From contig CBFGJG010000009.1 in NCBI GenBank assembly GCA_965649055.1, positions 1 through 60,069 of the forward strand: a stretch of DNA of 60,069 nucleotides, read 5' to 3'. Position numbers and translations under genes: made by a program. The DNA is from a candidate division WOR-3 bacterium (lineage in GTDB: Bacteria > Hydrothermota > UBA3072 > B12-G15). Positions 19,106-29,558 of the stretch are shown one piece after another (position 1 is the first letter of the stretch; each line of letters begins with the position of its first letter). Under the pieces are notes generated by a model. The model did no database searches. It worked only from the letters and a program-made list of their open reading frames with translations, and was not told the DNA's origin.

Positions 19106-20985
19106 TTATAGAAAAAATTCAAAAACCTGAAGATTTAAAAAAATTAAATATAAACGAACTTAATATACTTGCAAAAGAAGTAAGAGAGATTATAATTGAT
19201 GTTACTTCAAAAAACGGAGGTCATGTATCACCAAGTTTAGGAGCAGTTGAGATTGCAATATCTGTTCTTTATGTTTTTAATCCACCCTATGACAAAATAA
19301 TCTGGGATGTTGGACATCAGGCATATGCATATAAAATTCTTACAGGAAGAAAGGATGTATTTCATACCTTAAGAAAATATAATGGAATTAGCGGATTTCT
19401 GAAAATAGAAGAAAGTATCTATGATGCTTACGGTGCAGGACACGCAAGCACATCTATTTCAGCTGCTTTAGGTTTTGCAACGGGTCGTGATTTGAATAAA
19501 GAAAATTACAATGTTGTTGCTATTATTGGTGACGGTTCAATGACAGGTGGTATTGCTTTTGAAGCGATAAATAATCTTGGCCATATGAAAAAAAATATGT
19601 TGATTATTTTAAACGACAACAAAATGTCCATCTCGCCTAATGTTGGTGGTTTAACAAATTATTTGTTAAAATTACAATCTGCGAAGATTTATAACAAACT
19701 TAAAGATGATGTCTGGAATCTCCTTGGGGAACTCCCTCTAAGTGAGAGAACAAGGGAATCAGCAAAGAAACTTGCAGAAGGATTAAAGAACTTTTTTGTC
19801 CCGAATATTTTATTTGATGAACTCGGTGTAAGGTATTTTGGACCAATAAATGGTCATGATATAAAGGAAATAATTTCTACACTCGAAAAAATAAAAAATA
19901 TTGGTGGCCCAAAAATTCTTCATATTATAACTCAGAAAGGTAAAGGATTCTCTTTTACAGAAGAGAGACCAACAAAATTCCATGGTTTAGGTGTTTTTGA
20001 CCCAGAAACTGGTGAAGTGATTGAAAACCCTAAACCAACATACAGTGAAATATTTGGAAAGGCATTAACAGATTTTGCAAGGAAAGATAATGACATTGTT
20101 GCTATAACTGCTGCAATGCCTGAAGGAACAGGACTTGATATTTTCAGGAATGAGTTCAAGGATAGATTTTTTGATGTTGGTATTGCTGAAGAACATGCGG
20201 TTATTTTTTCCTGTGGTCTTGCTTTAACAGGAAAGAAACCTGTTTGTGCGATATATTCAACTTTTTTACAGAGGGCTTTTGACCCAATAATTCACGATGT
20301 TGCCTTACAAAGATTACCTGTAATTTTTGCTATTGATAGAGGCGGTGTCGTTGGAGAAGATGGTCCAACACACCATGGACTATTTGACCTTTCATATTTA
20401 AGGATTATTCCAAATCTTGTTGTTATGGCTCCAAAGGATGGTAAGGAACTCGTTGATATGATTTATACTGCATTGAATTATAAGAATGGTCCTATCGCCT
20501 TCAGGTATCCCCGTGATAGAGATGACGAATATAAAGGTATTGATAATGCGAAACTGATACCAATCGGTGAATGGGAATTAATATCTGAAGGAGAAGATGT
20601 CCTGATACTTTCTGTTGGAACAATCTTTGAAAATGTGGTCATGGCTTTAAAGAGAATTAAAGAATTAAAACCAACTTTAATAAATGCAAGGTTTGTAAAA
20701 CCAATTGATGAAAAAATGCTTAAAAAATATATTAATTCTAAATATATAATAACCATTGAAGAAAATGTTTTATCAGGTGGTTTTGGAAGTGCAATTCTTG
20801 AATACCTAAACAAAGAAGGAATAAAAAGCAATGTTTTAAGACTTGGATTCCCTGATAAATTTATAGAACAGGGTAAGAGGGATTTTCTATTATCTCTTTA
20901 CGGTCTTGATATAGACGGGATTGAAAAAAGCATAAGAAAATTTGTATATGAAAAGAAAGACGATAAAAAAGAGTATAAAGATTGA
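19102..20985 (+). CDS. dxs: 1-deoxy-D-xylulose-5-phosphate synthase
   Basis: GGHVSPSLG, GHASTSISAALG, GDGSMTGG and EEHAV motifs, 627 aa. Confidence 0.95.
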   Translation: MIIEKIQKPEDLKKLNINELNILAKEVREIIIDVTSKNGGHVSPSLGAVEIAISVLYVFNPPYDKIIWDVGHQAYAYKILTGRKDVFHTLRKYNGISGFLKIEESIYDAYGAGHASTSISAALGFATGRDLNKENYNVVAIIGDGSMTGGIAFEAINNLGHMKKNMLIILNDNKMSISPNVGGLTNYLLKLQSAKIYNKLKDDVWNLLGELPLSERTRESAKKLAEGLKNFFVPNILFDELGVRYFGPINGHDIKEIISTLEKIKNIGGPKILHIITQKGKGFSFTEERPTKFHGLGVFDPETGEVIENPKPTYSEIFGKALTDFARKDNDIVAITAAMPEGTGLDIFRNEFKDRFFDVGIAEEHAVIFSCGLALTGKKPVCAIYSTFLQRAFDPIIHDVALQRLPVIFAIDRGGVVGEDGPTHHGLFDLSYLRIIPNLVVMAPKDGKELVDMIYTALNYKNGPIAFRYPRDRDDEYKGIDNAKLIPIGEWELISEGEDVLILSVGTIFENVVMALKRIKELKPTLINARFVKPIDEKMLKKYINSKYIITIEENVLSGGFGSAILEYLNKEGIKSNVLRLGFPDKFIEQGKRDFLLSLYGLDIDGIEKSIRKFVYEKKDDKKEYKD

Positions 20986-21766
20986 AGGTAGAGGAATTCA
21001 TACTGGTGAATTCTGCACTATCAAGTTACATCCATATGAAAATGGAATAATTTTCTATAAAGACAATACTGAAATTCCACTATCACTTGATAATGTAATT
21101 GATACAGACCATGGAACTACAATCGGTAAAAATGGTGTAACTATAAAAACAATAGAGCATCTAACATCTTCCCTGTTTGGTCTTTCTATTGATAGTGTTT
21201 TTATCGAGGTATCAGGTCCTGAAATTCCGGTTCTTGATGGCTCATGTAAAATTTTCTGTGAAAAAATACTTAATGCCGGTATAAAGAAACTAAAGGATGA
21301 TAAAAAATTTATAAGGATAAAAGGAATACTATCTTTAAATGAAGATGGAAAATTTATAGCTGTAAGACCGTCAAAGAATTTTTCCGTTACTACTATTATT
21401 TCCTACGATTATATACCTCTTTTTAAAGAAATTTTTGAGTTAAAAAATTTAAAAGACTATGTAAGAGAAGTTGCAAATGCAAGGACTTTCGGGATTTTAA
21501 AATGGAAAAATGAACTTTCTAAGAAAGGACTTATTAAAGGTGCTAATTATAAAAATATTCTAATTTATGATGATACAAAAAATGTTACAAAGAAAAGATA
21601 TCATAACGAAGTTGCAAGACATAAATGTCTTGATTTTATGGGAGATCTTTCTCTTTTTACAACGAATATCATAGGTGATTTCCTTATATTCAGAACAGGA
21701 CACAGTATACATTACAAATTTTTTAAACTTTTAAAAGAAAAGGAGGAGTTATGGACTATAACATAA
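20942..21766 (+). CDS. lpxC: UDP-3-O-acyl-N-acetylglucosamine deacetylase
   Basis: RKTIKKSIKIEGRGIHTG, TIEHLTSSL and EVARHKCLDFMGDL motifs. The start could be ATG 20948. Overlaps the dxs 3' end. Confidence 0.9.
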   Translation: MYMKRKTIKKSIKIEGRGIHTGEFCTIKLHPYENGIIFYKDNTEIPLSLDNVIDTDHGTTIGKNGVTIKTIEHLTSSLFGLSIDSVFIEVSGPEIPVLDGSCKIFCEKILNAGIKKLKDDKKFIRIKGILSLNEDGKFIAVRPSKNFSVTTIISYDYIPLFKEIFELKNLKDYVREVANARTFGILKWKNELSKKGLIKGANYKNILIYDDTKNVTKKRYHNEVARHKCLDFMGDLSLFTTNIIGDFLIFRTGHSIHYKFFKLLKEKEELWTIT

Positions 21767-22182
21767 ATGAAATCCTCGAAATCCTGCCTCACAGATATCC
21801 TTTCCTTCTTGTTGATAAAATCATAGATTTGAAAGATGATGAAGTTACAGGTATAAAAAATGTAACAATGAACGAACCTCAATTCACCGGACATTTCCCT
21901 GAAAATCCCATAATGCCTGGTGTTCTAATAGTTGAATCTATGGCACAAACAGGTGGGTTTCTGATATTGAAAAAAATAGGAAACCCTAAAAATAAACTTG
22001 TTTATTTTGGTAAGATTGACAATGTTAGATTCAAAAAAACTGTGAAACCAGGAGATACAATGATTCATAAAATGAAACTCAAAAATTTCAGAGGTAATAT
22101 ATTTGTGATTGAAGGTAAAAGCTATGTAGGAGATGAGGTTGTTTGCGAAGGTGAATTTACAGCGGTTATGGTGGAAAAATGA
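21751..22182 (+). CDS. fabZ: 3-hydroxyacyl-ACP dehydratase
   Basis: LPHRYPFLLVDKI, FTGHFP and PGVLIVESMAQ motifs. Confidence 0.95.
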   Translation: MDYNINEILEILPHRYPFLLVDKIIDLKDDEVTGIKNVTMNEPQFTGHFPENPIMPGVLIVESMAQTGGFLILKKIGNPKNKLVYFGKIDNVRFKKTVKPGDTMIHKMKLKNFRGNIFVIEGKSYVGDEVVCEGEFTAVMVEK

Positions 22183-22955
22183 TTGAAAAAACAGCTCTAA
22201 TAAGTGATGAGGCAGAAATAGGTAAAAATGTCTCTATCGGTCCTTACTGTATAATTGAAGATGATGTAATAATAGGTGATGGAACAACCTTAGGAACAGG
22301 TGTAGTAGTAAAAAGTAATACAAGAATAGGTAAAAATAATCGAATTTCTCATTATGTTATTATTGGCGAAGAACCACAGGACAAAAATTTTAAAAATGAA
22401 AAATCCTATGTTGAGATTGGTGATAACAATATCATAAGGGAGTTTACAACAATACACAGGGCTTGTGGAGAGGGTAATAAAACAATAATTGGTTCAAACA
22501 ATTACATCATGTGTTATACACATTTTGGTCATAATGTTGTTGTTGGTTCAAATACTATAATTGTTAACAATGGAACATTAGGTGGATACTCGGTAGTTGA
22601 AGATTATGCATATATTGGTGGTCTTTCCGGTATCCATCAGTTTGCAAGGGTGGGAAAATATGCGATAGTCGGTGCTGGATTCTGTGTAAGGAATGATGTT
22701 GTTCCATTCGCAATGGCTGCCGGTGAACCACTCAGAATAGTAGGATTAAATATTATAGGGCTGAGAAGAAATAATTTCTCGCAGGAAAGAATTGATAAGA
22801 TAAAAGAAGCGTTCAGAATTCTTTTCTGGTCGGGGTTGAATACAAAAGATGCGATTGAAAAACTTAAGGAATACGATGACGAAGATATAAAATATTTGAT
22901 ACAGTTTATTGAGCAAAGCAAAAGAGGTATAACAAGGGGTGAAAAGAATGATTGA
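22179..22955 (+). CDS. lpxA: UDP-N-acetylglucosamine acyltransferase
   Basis: Left-handed beta-helix hexapeptide repeats, IGLRRNNFS and a helical C-terminal domain. lpxC-fabZ-lpxA context. Confidence 0.92.
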   Translation: MIEKTALISDEAEIGKNVSIGPYCIIEDDVIIGDGTTLGTGVVVKSNTRIGKNNRISHYVIIGEEPQDKNFKNEKSYVEIGDNNIIREFTTIHRACGEGNKTIIGSNNYIMCYTHFGHNVVVGSNTIIVNNGTLGGYSVVEDYAYIGGLSGIHQFARVGKYAIVGAGFCVRNDVVPFAMAAGEPLRIVGLNIIGLRRNNFSQERIDKIKEAFRILFWSGLNTKDAIEKLKEYDDEDIKYLIQFIEQSKRGITRGEKND

Positions 22956-23727
22956 TGAAACCATAATAACAAAAGCAATACTTAAAAACGGAATTGATAA
23001 ACTCCTCGACGCGGTAGAAAGTGATGTTATTATAGTTGGTGGAGGCCCTTCAGGGCTTACAGCAGGTTATTACCTCGCAAAGAAAGGTATTAAAACAATA
23101 CTAATTGAGAAAACACTCAGGGTTGGCGGTGGAATGCCAGGAGGTGGGAATGGATTTCCATTCATTGTTGTCCAGAATGATGCATTGGAAATAATTGAAG
23201 AATTCAATATAAGATATAAAAAATATGAAGATGGATATTTTGTTGCAGACTCAATTGAATCAGTAGCAAAATTGACCTCTAACGCTATTGATGCAGGTCT
23301 AAAAATATTCAATCTAATAACCTGTGAAGATGTTATATTAATTGAAAATAGGGTATGCGGGGTTGTTGTTATTTCAACTGCTATATCACAATCGGGATTC
23401 CATGTTGATCCGATCTCTTTGAAAAGTAAATATGTTGTTGATGCAACCGGTCATCCAATCGAAGTTGTTAAAAATCTTGTGAAAAAAACCGGTGTTAAAT
23501 TGAACACACCAACAGGTAATATAATTGGAGAAGGACCTATGTGGGCTGACTTTGCTGAGAATTCAATAATTGCCAATACTAAAGAAGTATATCCCGGATT
23601 ATGGGTATGCGGGATGGCTGCAAATGCAGCATTTGGTTCACCAAGAATGGGACCTATATTTGGTGGTATGTTATTAAGCGGTAAGGAAGTCGCAAACAAA
23701 ATCTCGAAATTAATTAAGGAGAAATAA
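22948..23727 (+). CDS. thi4: Thi4-family thiazole synthase (archaeal/eukaryotic type)
   Basis: VIIVGGGPSGLTAGYYLA, GGGMPGGG, FHVDP and DATGH motifs. Start placed at ATG 22948, preceded by AGGGGTG at suitable spacing. The track start at 22939 is a GTG abutting that SD. Confidence 0.8.
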   Translation: MIDETIITKAILKNGIDKLLDAVESDVIIVGGGPSGLTAGYYLAKKGIKTILIEKTLRVGGGMPGGGNGFPFIVVQNDALEIIEEFNIRYKKYEDGYFVADSIESVAKLTSNAIDAGLKIFNLITCEDVILIENRVCGVVVISTAISQSGFHVDPISLKSKYVVDATGHPIEVVKNLVKKTGVKLNTPTGNIIGEGPMWADFAENSIIANTKEVYPGLWVCGMAANAAFGSPRMGPIFGGMLLSGKEVANKISKLIKEK

Positions 23728-24377
23728 TGAATTTAGATAATATTAAAATAATATCTTCAAAGATTGAACATACATTATTAAAGGTTGATGCAAAAAAGGC
23801 AGATATAGAAAAATTGTGTATTGAAGCATTAAAGAACAAATTTTACGGTGTATGTGTCCAGCCATACTGGGTAATATTCACAAAAGGGATAATAAAAAAT
23901 GATATTAAACTGATAACTGTATGTGGATTTCCTGATGGTTTGAATATAACAGAAGTAAAGATAAAAGAAGCAGAAAATTCCATAGAACAAGGTGCCGATG
24001 AGATTGATATGGTTATAAATTTAGGTGCTTTGAAAGAAAAAGACTATAAATATTTGATAAATGAGATAAGCAATATTAAGAAATCGATAGGTAAAAAAAT
24101 ATTAAAAGTTATAATAGAAACTCCTTTATTAACAAATGAAGAAATATCCATCGCATCAAAAATAGTCCAGGATAGTGGTGCTGATATGGTTAAAACAGGG
24201 ACAGGAAGAAATGGTGCTGTAAAAAAAGAAGATGTTGAGATAATAAAAAATTCCTGTTTGTTGCCAATAAAAGCAGCTGGTGGAATCAAAACAGCAGAAT
24301 TTGCATTTGAACTGATTTCAATTGGTGTATCAAGAATTGGAACATCAAGCGGTGTTGAAATAATAAAAAATATTTAA
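23727..24377 (+). CDS. deoC: Deoxyribose-phosphate aldolase
   Basis: IEHTLLK, GADEIDMVIN, KVIIET, VKTGTG and KAAGGI motifs, 216 aa. Confidence 0.85.
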   Translation: MNLDNIKIISSKIEHTLLKVDAKKADIEKLCIEALKNKFYGVCVQPYWVIFTKGIIKNDIKLITVCGFPDGLNITEVKIKEAENSIEQGADEIDMVINLGALKEKDYKYLINEISNIKKSIGKKILKVIIETPLLTNEEISIASKIVQDSGADMVKTGTGRNGAVKKEDVEIIKNSCLLPIKAAGGIKTAEFAFELISIGVSRIGTSSGVEIIKNI

Positions 24378-25417
24378 ATATTTTCCTTTATTTCCAGATT
24401 TATACCGGTATTCCCAAGAAGTTCTATAATTTCTGGGAATATAGTTTCATCCATTCCTAATTCTTCAGGAAGCACAAGACCTTTTTTGTTTATCTTTCCT
24501 TCGTATAATAACATTGCTGTCACCATAGCAGTATATCCTGTTGTCCTTGCCATTGCAGTAACATTATTTTTTTCATCATAGTAATCTATCATCTCGTATT
24601 GTATCTTTTTATCTTTTGATTCTGCAATAACCCTGAAAAGTATTTTATCCTTTATCTCTTTTCTACTGTAATCCATAAGTATTTTCAGAAGTTCTTCCTT
24701 TTTTGTATTCATAATCCAGTCTGAATGCCCTTTATATCTGATCGTCTTTTCAAACATATTATCACATTTTATGCTCTTTATAAGCGTCCTTAATCCATCT
24801 GTTAAGAAACACTCGTACTCTTCATAATTAAAGTATATACTTTCCCTATCTGAAAGTGGTTCTGCAATTTTTAACCTTCCATTTTCAATGAACCTCACTT
24901 TTCTTTCATATTCTGAAAGAAGGTCGTTTGGATTAAAAGTAACACAGAGGTTCAAAGGTGGGTTTGGTTCTTTGGGAATTCCTCCAACATATATCTTTAA
25001 TCTATCTAACTTGCCAAATTTTTTAAATGCATTCCCAGAACATATATTTGAAAGCCCTGGTGCAACACCTGCATCAGGAATCAACGTAATACCTGAATTT
25101 CTTATGTGATCACTGTAATCTGTAATATCTTCCTCAATAAAAGAAATATCAACTGTATCAACCTTTGAATTAATACAGGTTTTTATACCTGTTAAACCCA
25201 ATCTTGCAGGAACAGCATTTATAACAACTTTAAAATCTTTTAGAAAATCGATTATCTTATTGTCTCTGATATCATAAATCTCTTTTTTACCTTTAAATCT
25301 TGAAAGATTCTCTTCAGAGATATCAATACATGTAACATCATAACCATAATCAAGAAGTTTATTACCTATTGCACTCCCCTGCATACCACAGCCTAAAATA
25401 CAAATACCTTTCTTCAT
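24374..25417 (-). CDS. Saccharopine dehydrogenase family NAD(P)-binding oxidoreductase
   Basis: N-terminal Rossmann ICILGCGMQGSAIG. DAGVAPGLSN is typical of this family. 347 aa. Confidence 0.65.
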   Translation of the reverse strand: MKKGICILGCGMQGSAIGNKLLDYGYDVTCIDISEENLSRFKGKKEIYDIRDNKIIDFLKDFKVVINAVPARLGLTGIKTCINSKVDTVDISFIEEDITDYSDHIRNSGITLIPDAGVAPGLSNICSGNAFKKFGKLDRLKIYVGGIPKEPNPPLNLCVTFNPNDLLSEYERKVRFIENGRLKIAEPLSDRESIYFNYEEYECFLTDGLRTLIKSIKCDNMFEKTIRYKGHSDWIMNTKKEELLKILMDYSRKEIKDKILFRVIAESKDKKIQYEMIDYYDEKNNVTAMARTTGYTAMVTAMLLYEGKINKKGLVLPEELGMDETIFPEIIELLGNTGINLEIKENI

Positions 25418-25424
25418 AATATCC

Positions 25425-28184
25425 TCACTTTTTTAACACATTTTTTAAGAATCTTCCAGTATAAGATTTCTCATTTGCTGCAATCTCTTCAGGTGTTCCT
25501 TCAGCGACAATCTCTCCACCTTTCTCACCACCTTCCGGGCCCAGATCAATGACCCAGTCGGATGATTTTATCACATCAAGGTTATGTTCTATAACTAAAA
25601 CAGTATTACCTTTCTCTACCAACCTTTGAAGTATATTTATAAGTAATCTGATATCGTCAAAATGAAGTCCTGTTGTTGGTTCATCAAGTATATATAATGT
25701 ATTACCTGTTGAAAGTTTTGAAAGTTCCTTTGTTAACTTAATCCTCTGTGCCTCTCCTCCTGATAGAGTTGGCGCTGGTTGCCCCAATGTAATGTATCCA
25801 AGACCAACATCTTTTAGAAGTTCAAGTTTCTTTTTTATTACAGGAATATCTTTAAAGAATTCATACGCCTCTTCAACAGTCATATCAAGAACATCTGAAA
25901 TATCCTTACCTTTATATTTCACCTCAAGTGTTTCTCTGTTAAATCTTCTTCCTTTACACACATCACAGGTTATATAAACATCAGGAAGAAAATGCATTTC
26001 AACCTTTATAACACCCTGACCTTCACAGGCTTCACATCTTCCACCTTTTACATTAAAAGAGAATCTGCCAGGTTTAAATCCCCTGATTTTAGAGTCAGGT
26101 AGATTTGCATAAAAATCCCTTATATATGTATAAAGACCTGTGTATGTTGCAGGATTAGATCTCGGGGTCCTTCCAATTGGTTCCTGGTCTATGTTAATTA
26201 CTTTGTCAATAAATTCTGTTCCTTTTATACTTTTGTGCTCAAGAGGAGGGTGTTTTGAACCATAAAACTTCCTTGCAAGTGCCCTGTACAAAATATCAAG
26301 TAATAATGTGCTTTTACCTGAACCAGAAACACCTGTTATGCATACAAAATAACCAAGTGGAATCTTCACTGAAATATTCTTCAGATTATTTCCCCTTGCT
26401 CCCTCTATTAGTATGTATTTTTCCCAATTAATCTTCCTTCTTTCAGGTATTTCAATTACTTTTTTCCCTGAAAGATATAAACCTGTCAATGATTCATTAG
26501 AATTTTTTATTTCCTCCAGATTACCAGAAAAAACAACATAACCACCATTCACCCCAGCCCCTGGACCTAAATCTATTATATAGTCAGCTGAAGAGATAGT
26601 CTCTGCATCATGTTCTACAACCAGAACAGTATTCCCTAAATCTCTTAAATCTTTAAGTGTTTTTACCAATCTTTTAATATCCCTTGGATGTAAGCCTATT
26701 GAAGGTTCATCGAGGACATAGATAATTCCCATCAATCCTGAACCTATCTGTGAAGCAAGATGAACCCTTTGTGCCTCACCTCCTGCAAGGGTTTCTGTCT
26801 GCCTTTCAAGATTTATATAATCAAGGCCAACATCTTCAAGGAATTTTAATCTTCTTATTATTTCCTTTACAATATCTTTTGAAATTATCCTATCCCTTTC
26901 ATCAAGTTCGATGTTTTCAAAAAACCTCTTCAAAGTTATAATATCCATCCCAACAAGTTCACCAATATTTTTACCATTTATTAAGACAGATAATGCTTCC
27001 TTTTTTAGCCTCTTTCCATTACATACAGGACATTTCTTGAAACTCATATATTTTTCAATCTCAAATTTTACAAAATCAGATTCAGTATCATGATATTTTT
27101 TCAACATAATATCTGAAAGTCCTTCAAATTCATTATCACCGAAAAATAATGCATTTTTGAATTTATCTGGTAATTTATAGAAAGGTGTTGAAAGTGATAC
27201 ATTGTATCTTGAAGCAAGCCACTTCAATGTATAATAGAAACTTCCCCTTGGTTCGCCGATATACTCAAGTGCACCATCAAGTATTGAAATTTCAGAATTC
27301 TTGACAAGTAATTCCGGGTCAATTTCTATTTTTGAACCGAGCCCTGCGCATTCCTCACATGCACCATAAGGTGAGTTGAAAGAAAAAAGTCTCGGGGAGA
27401 TCTCCGGGAAACTTATTCCACATTTTGGACATGCAAGCTTCTCATTATATACCTTTTCTTTTCCTTCCTGATTTCTTACAATAATCTTACCTTCACCCAT
27501 TTCAACTGCTATTTCAACAGATTGCGTTATCCTTGATATAATATCTTTAGAAACCTGTAATCTGTCTATAACAACATATATTGAATGTTTCTTCTGTTTT
27601 TCAAGATTTGGTATAGCTTCATCAATCTCAACCTGAATACCATCGACTATAAGCCTTATGTATCCGGACCTTAAGAGTCTTTCAAACAATTCCCTGAATG
27701 TCCCCTTCTTTCCTTCAACAACCGGAGAGATTATCATAATCTTCTGATTTTCCCAGTCTTTTAAAATTTCATCGACTATCTCGTCTATTGTTCTTGAGGA
27801 TATTCTATTTCCGCAGATATAGCAGTGTGGTTTTCCTATCCTTGCATAGAGAACCCTCAGATAATCATATATTTCAGTCACTGTTCCAACAGTTGACCTC
27901 GGATTTTTTGAAATCTTCCGCTGCTCAATTGAAATTGCCGGGGATAATCCTTCTATTTTCTCAACATCAGGTTTATCCATAACCCCAAGAAACTGTCTTG
28001 CATAAGCAGAAAGTGATTCTACATACCTCCTCTGCCCTTCTGCATAAATAGTATCAAATGCGAGTGATGATTTGCCAGAACCCGAAATACCTGTGATTAC
28101 AACAAATTTATTCCTCGGAATATCAATATCAATATTTTTGAGGTTGTGAACCTTTGCTCCTCTAACCTTGATTGAGTCCAGCAT
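25425..28184 (-). CDS. uvrA: Excinuclease ABC subunit A
   Basis: [22 protein letters not shown], two ABC modules ([18 protein letters not shown]) and zinc-finger Cys pairs, 919 aa. Confidence 0.96.
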   Translation of the reverse strand: MLDSIKVRGAKVHNLKNIDIDIPRNKFVVITGISGSGKSSLAFDTIYAEGQRRYVESLSAYARQFLGVMDKPDVEKIEGLSPAISIEQRKISKNPRSTVGTVTEIYDYLRVLYARIGKPHCYICGNRISSRTIDEIVDEILKDWENQKIMIISPVVEGKKGTFRELFERLLRSGYIRLIVDGIQVEIDEAIPNLEKQKKHSIYVVIDRLQVSKDIISRITQSVEIAVEMGEGKIIVRNQEGKEKVYNEKLACPKCGISFPEISPRLFSFNSPYGACEECAGLGSKIEIDPELLVKNSEISILDGALEYIGEPRGSFYYTLKWLASRYNVSLSTPFYKLPDKFKNALFFGDNEFEGLSDIMLKKYHDTESDFVKFEIEKYMSFKKCPVCNGKRLKKEALSVLINGKNIGELVGMDIITLKRFFENIELDERDRIISKDIVKEIIRRLKFLEDVGLDYINLERQTETLAGGEAQRVHLASQIGSGLMGIIYVLDEPSIGLHPRDIKRLVKTLKDLRDLGNTVLVVEHDAETISSADYIIDLGPGAGVNGGYVVFSGNLEEIKNSNESLTGLYLSGKKVIEIPERRKINWEKYILIEGARGNNLKNISVKIPLGYFVCITGVSGSGKSTLLLDILYRALARKFYGSKHPPLEHKSIKGTEFIDKVINIDQEPIGRTPRSNPATYTGLYTYIRDFYANLPDSKIRGFKPGRFSFNVKGGRCEACEGQGVIKVEMHFLPDVYITCDVCKGRRFNRETLEVKYKGKDISDVLDMTVEEAYEFFKDIPVIKKKLELLKDVGLGYITLGQPAPTLSGGEAQRIKLTKELSKLSTGNTLYILDEPTTGLHFDDIRLLINILQRLVEKGNTVLVIEHNLDVIKSSDWVIDLGPEGGEKGGEIVAEGTPEEIAANEKSYTGRFLKNVLKK

Positions 28185-29553
28185 TTCTTCTTATAAGTCT
28201 ACCTGCAATTTTCGGGTCTGCCCTTCCTCTTGTTATTTTCATAACTTCACCAACAAAAAATCCAACAAGTTTTTCCTCACCATTTTTAAGTCTTTCGAAT
28301 TCTTTTGGATTTTTTTCAATAACTGATTTTATAATCTTTTCTAATTCTTCTTCATCTGACTCCTTTTCCAATCCCTTTTCTTTTATTATTATTTCAGGCT
28401 TTACACCTTTTTCATAAACTTCCCTTAAAATGTCTTTCGCAACCAATCTTGAAATCTTTCCCTCTTTAACAATTTTTATAATATATACAAAATCCTCCGG
28501 TTTTATCCTCCAGAATTCCTTAAATGAAAGGAGTTCAGAGACAATCCATTTAGAAATCTCCGCAGGCTCATTGAATAAATTTAATGATTCTTCAAAATAT
28601 TCTGCTATCTTTAAATCATTAGAAATGATTCCTGATTCGTATTCTCTAACCCCAAGTTTTATATATCTTTCGTTCTTTTTCTCCGGTAATTCAGGTAATT
28701 CCCTCTTTATCTTTTCTATCATTTCTTCTGATATAACAAAAGGAGGAAGATCAGGCTCCGGAAAATACTTATAATCAGAAGCAGTCTCTTTGGTCCTCAT
28801 AGGCCTTGTTTCTCTTTTGTCTTCATCCCACAGCATTGTAACCTGTTTTATCTTCTCACCTGAAATGATTAGATTCTTCTGTCTATTTATTTCATAATCA
28901 ATCCCGAGTTTCACTGATTTAAAAGAGTTTAGATTTTTTATCTCTGTTTTTGTTCCTAATTCACCATCCTTTGAAACAGAGATGTTTGGTTCACACCTCA
29001 TCATACCCTTTTCCATATCTGCATTAGAGGCATCAAGAAACCTCAAAATCACCTGTAATTTCTTAAGATATGAAACTGCTTCCTCACCTGTTGAAATATC
29101 AGGTTCTGTTACTATCTCTATTAAAGGTATTCCGCATCTGTTAAAATCAAGAAAAACCTTATCACCTATATGAAAAATTTTGGCTGTTTCTTCTTCAATA
29201 TGAACCCTTTTTATCCTTATCCTTTTACCCCCAATGTCAACAAAACCATTTCTTCCTATCGCACTTGTAAACTGTGATATCTGATAACCTTTTGGGAGGT
29301 CAGGATAGAAATAATTTTTCCTTGAAAAGAAAATGAACTTTTCTATATCGCAATTCAATGCAATAGCAACCCTTATTCCAAGTTCAAGTGCCTTTTTATT
29401 TAAAACAGGAAGAACACCAGGATGACCAAGGCATACAGGACAAACATTTGTGTTTGGTTCATCATCATAACCTACTTTACATCCGCAGAATATCTTTGAA
29501 CTTGTATTAAGCTGTGAATGAACCTCTATCCCAATCACAGGCTTTAATTCCAT
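28162..29553 (-). CDS. gatB: Asp/Glu-tRNA amidotransferase subunit B
   Basis: VIGIEVHSQLNT and CPVCLGHPGVLP motifs, plus a C-terminal GatB/Yqey domain. Confidence 0.95.
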   Translation of the reverse strand: MELKPVIGIEVHSQLNTSSKIFCGCKVGYDDEPNTNVCPVCLGHPGVLPVLNKKALELGIRVAIALNCDIEKFIFFSRKNYFYPDLPKGYQISQFTSAIGRNGFVDIGGKRIRIKRVHIEEETAKIFHIGDKVFLDFNRCGIPLIEIVTEPDISTGEEAVSYLKKLQVILRFLDASNADMEKGMMRCEPNISVSKDGELGTKTEIKNLNSFKSVKLGIDYEINRQKNLIISGEKIKQVTMLWDEDKRETRPMRTKETASDYKYFPEPDLPPFVISEEMIEKIKRELPELPEKKNERYIKLGVREYESGIISNDLKIAEYFEESLNLFNEPAEISKWIVSELLSFKEFWRIKPEDFVYIIKIVKEGKISRLVAKDILREVYEKGVKPEIIIKEKGLEKESDEEELEKIIKSVIEKNPKEFERLKNGEEKLVGFFVGEVMKITRGRADPKIAGRLIRRNAGLNQG

Positions 29554-29558
29554 AAAAT

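Noticed and set aside
22900-22960. TPP riboswitch upstream of thi4
   Set aside because: thi4 overlaps the lpxA 3' end, so no non-coding space is available.
24360-24390. Replication terminus or dif site at the plus/minus strand-switch point
   Set aside because: The convergent genes overlap with no intergenic DNA. The palindrome there is pure AT and does not resemble a XerCD-type dif core.
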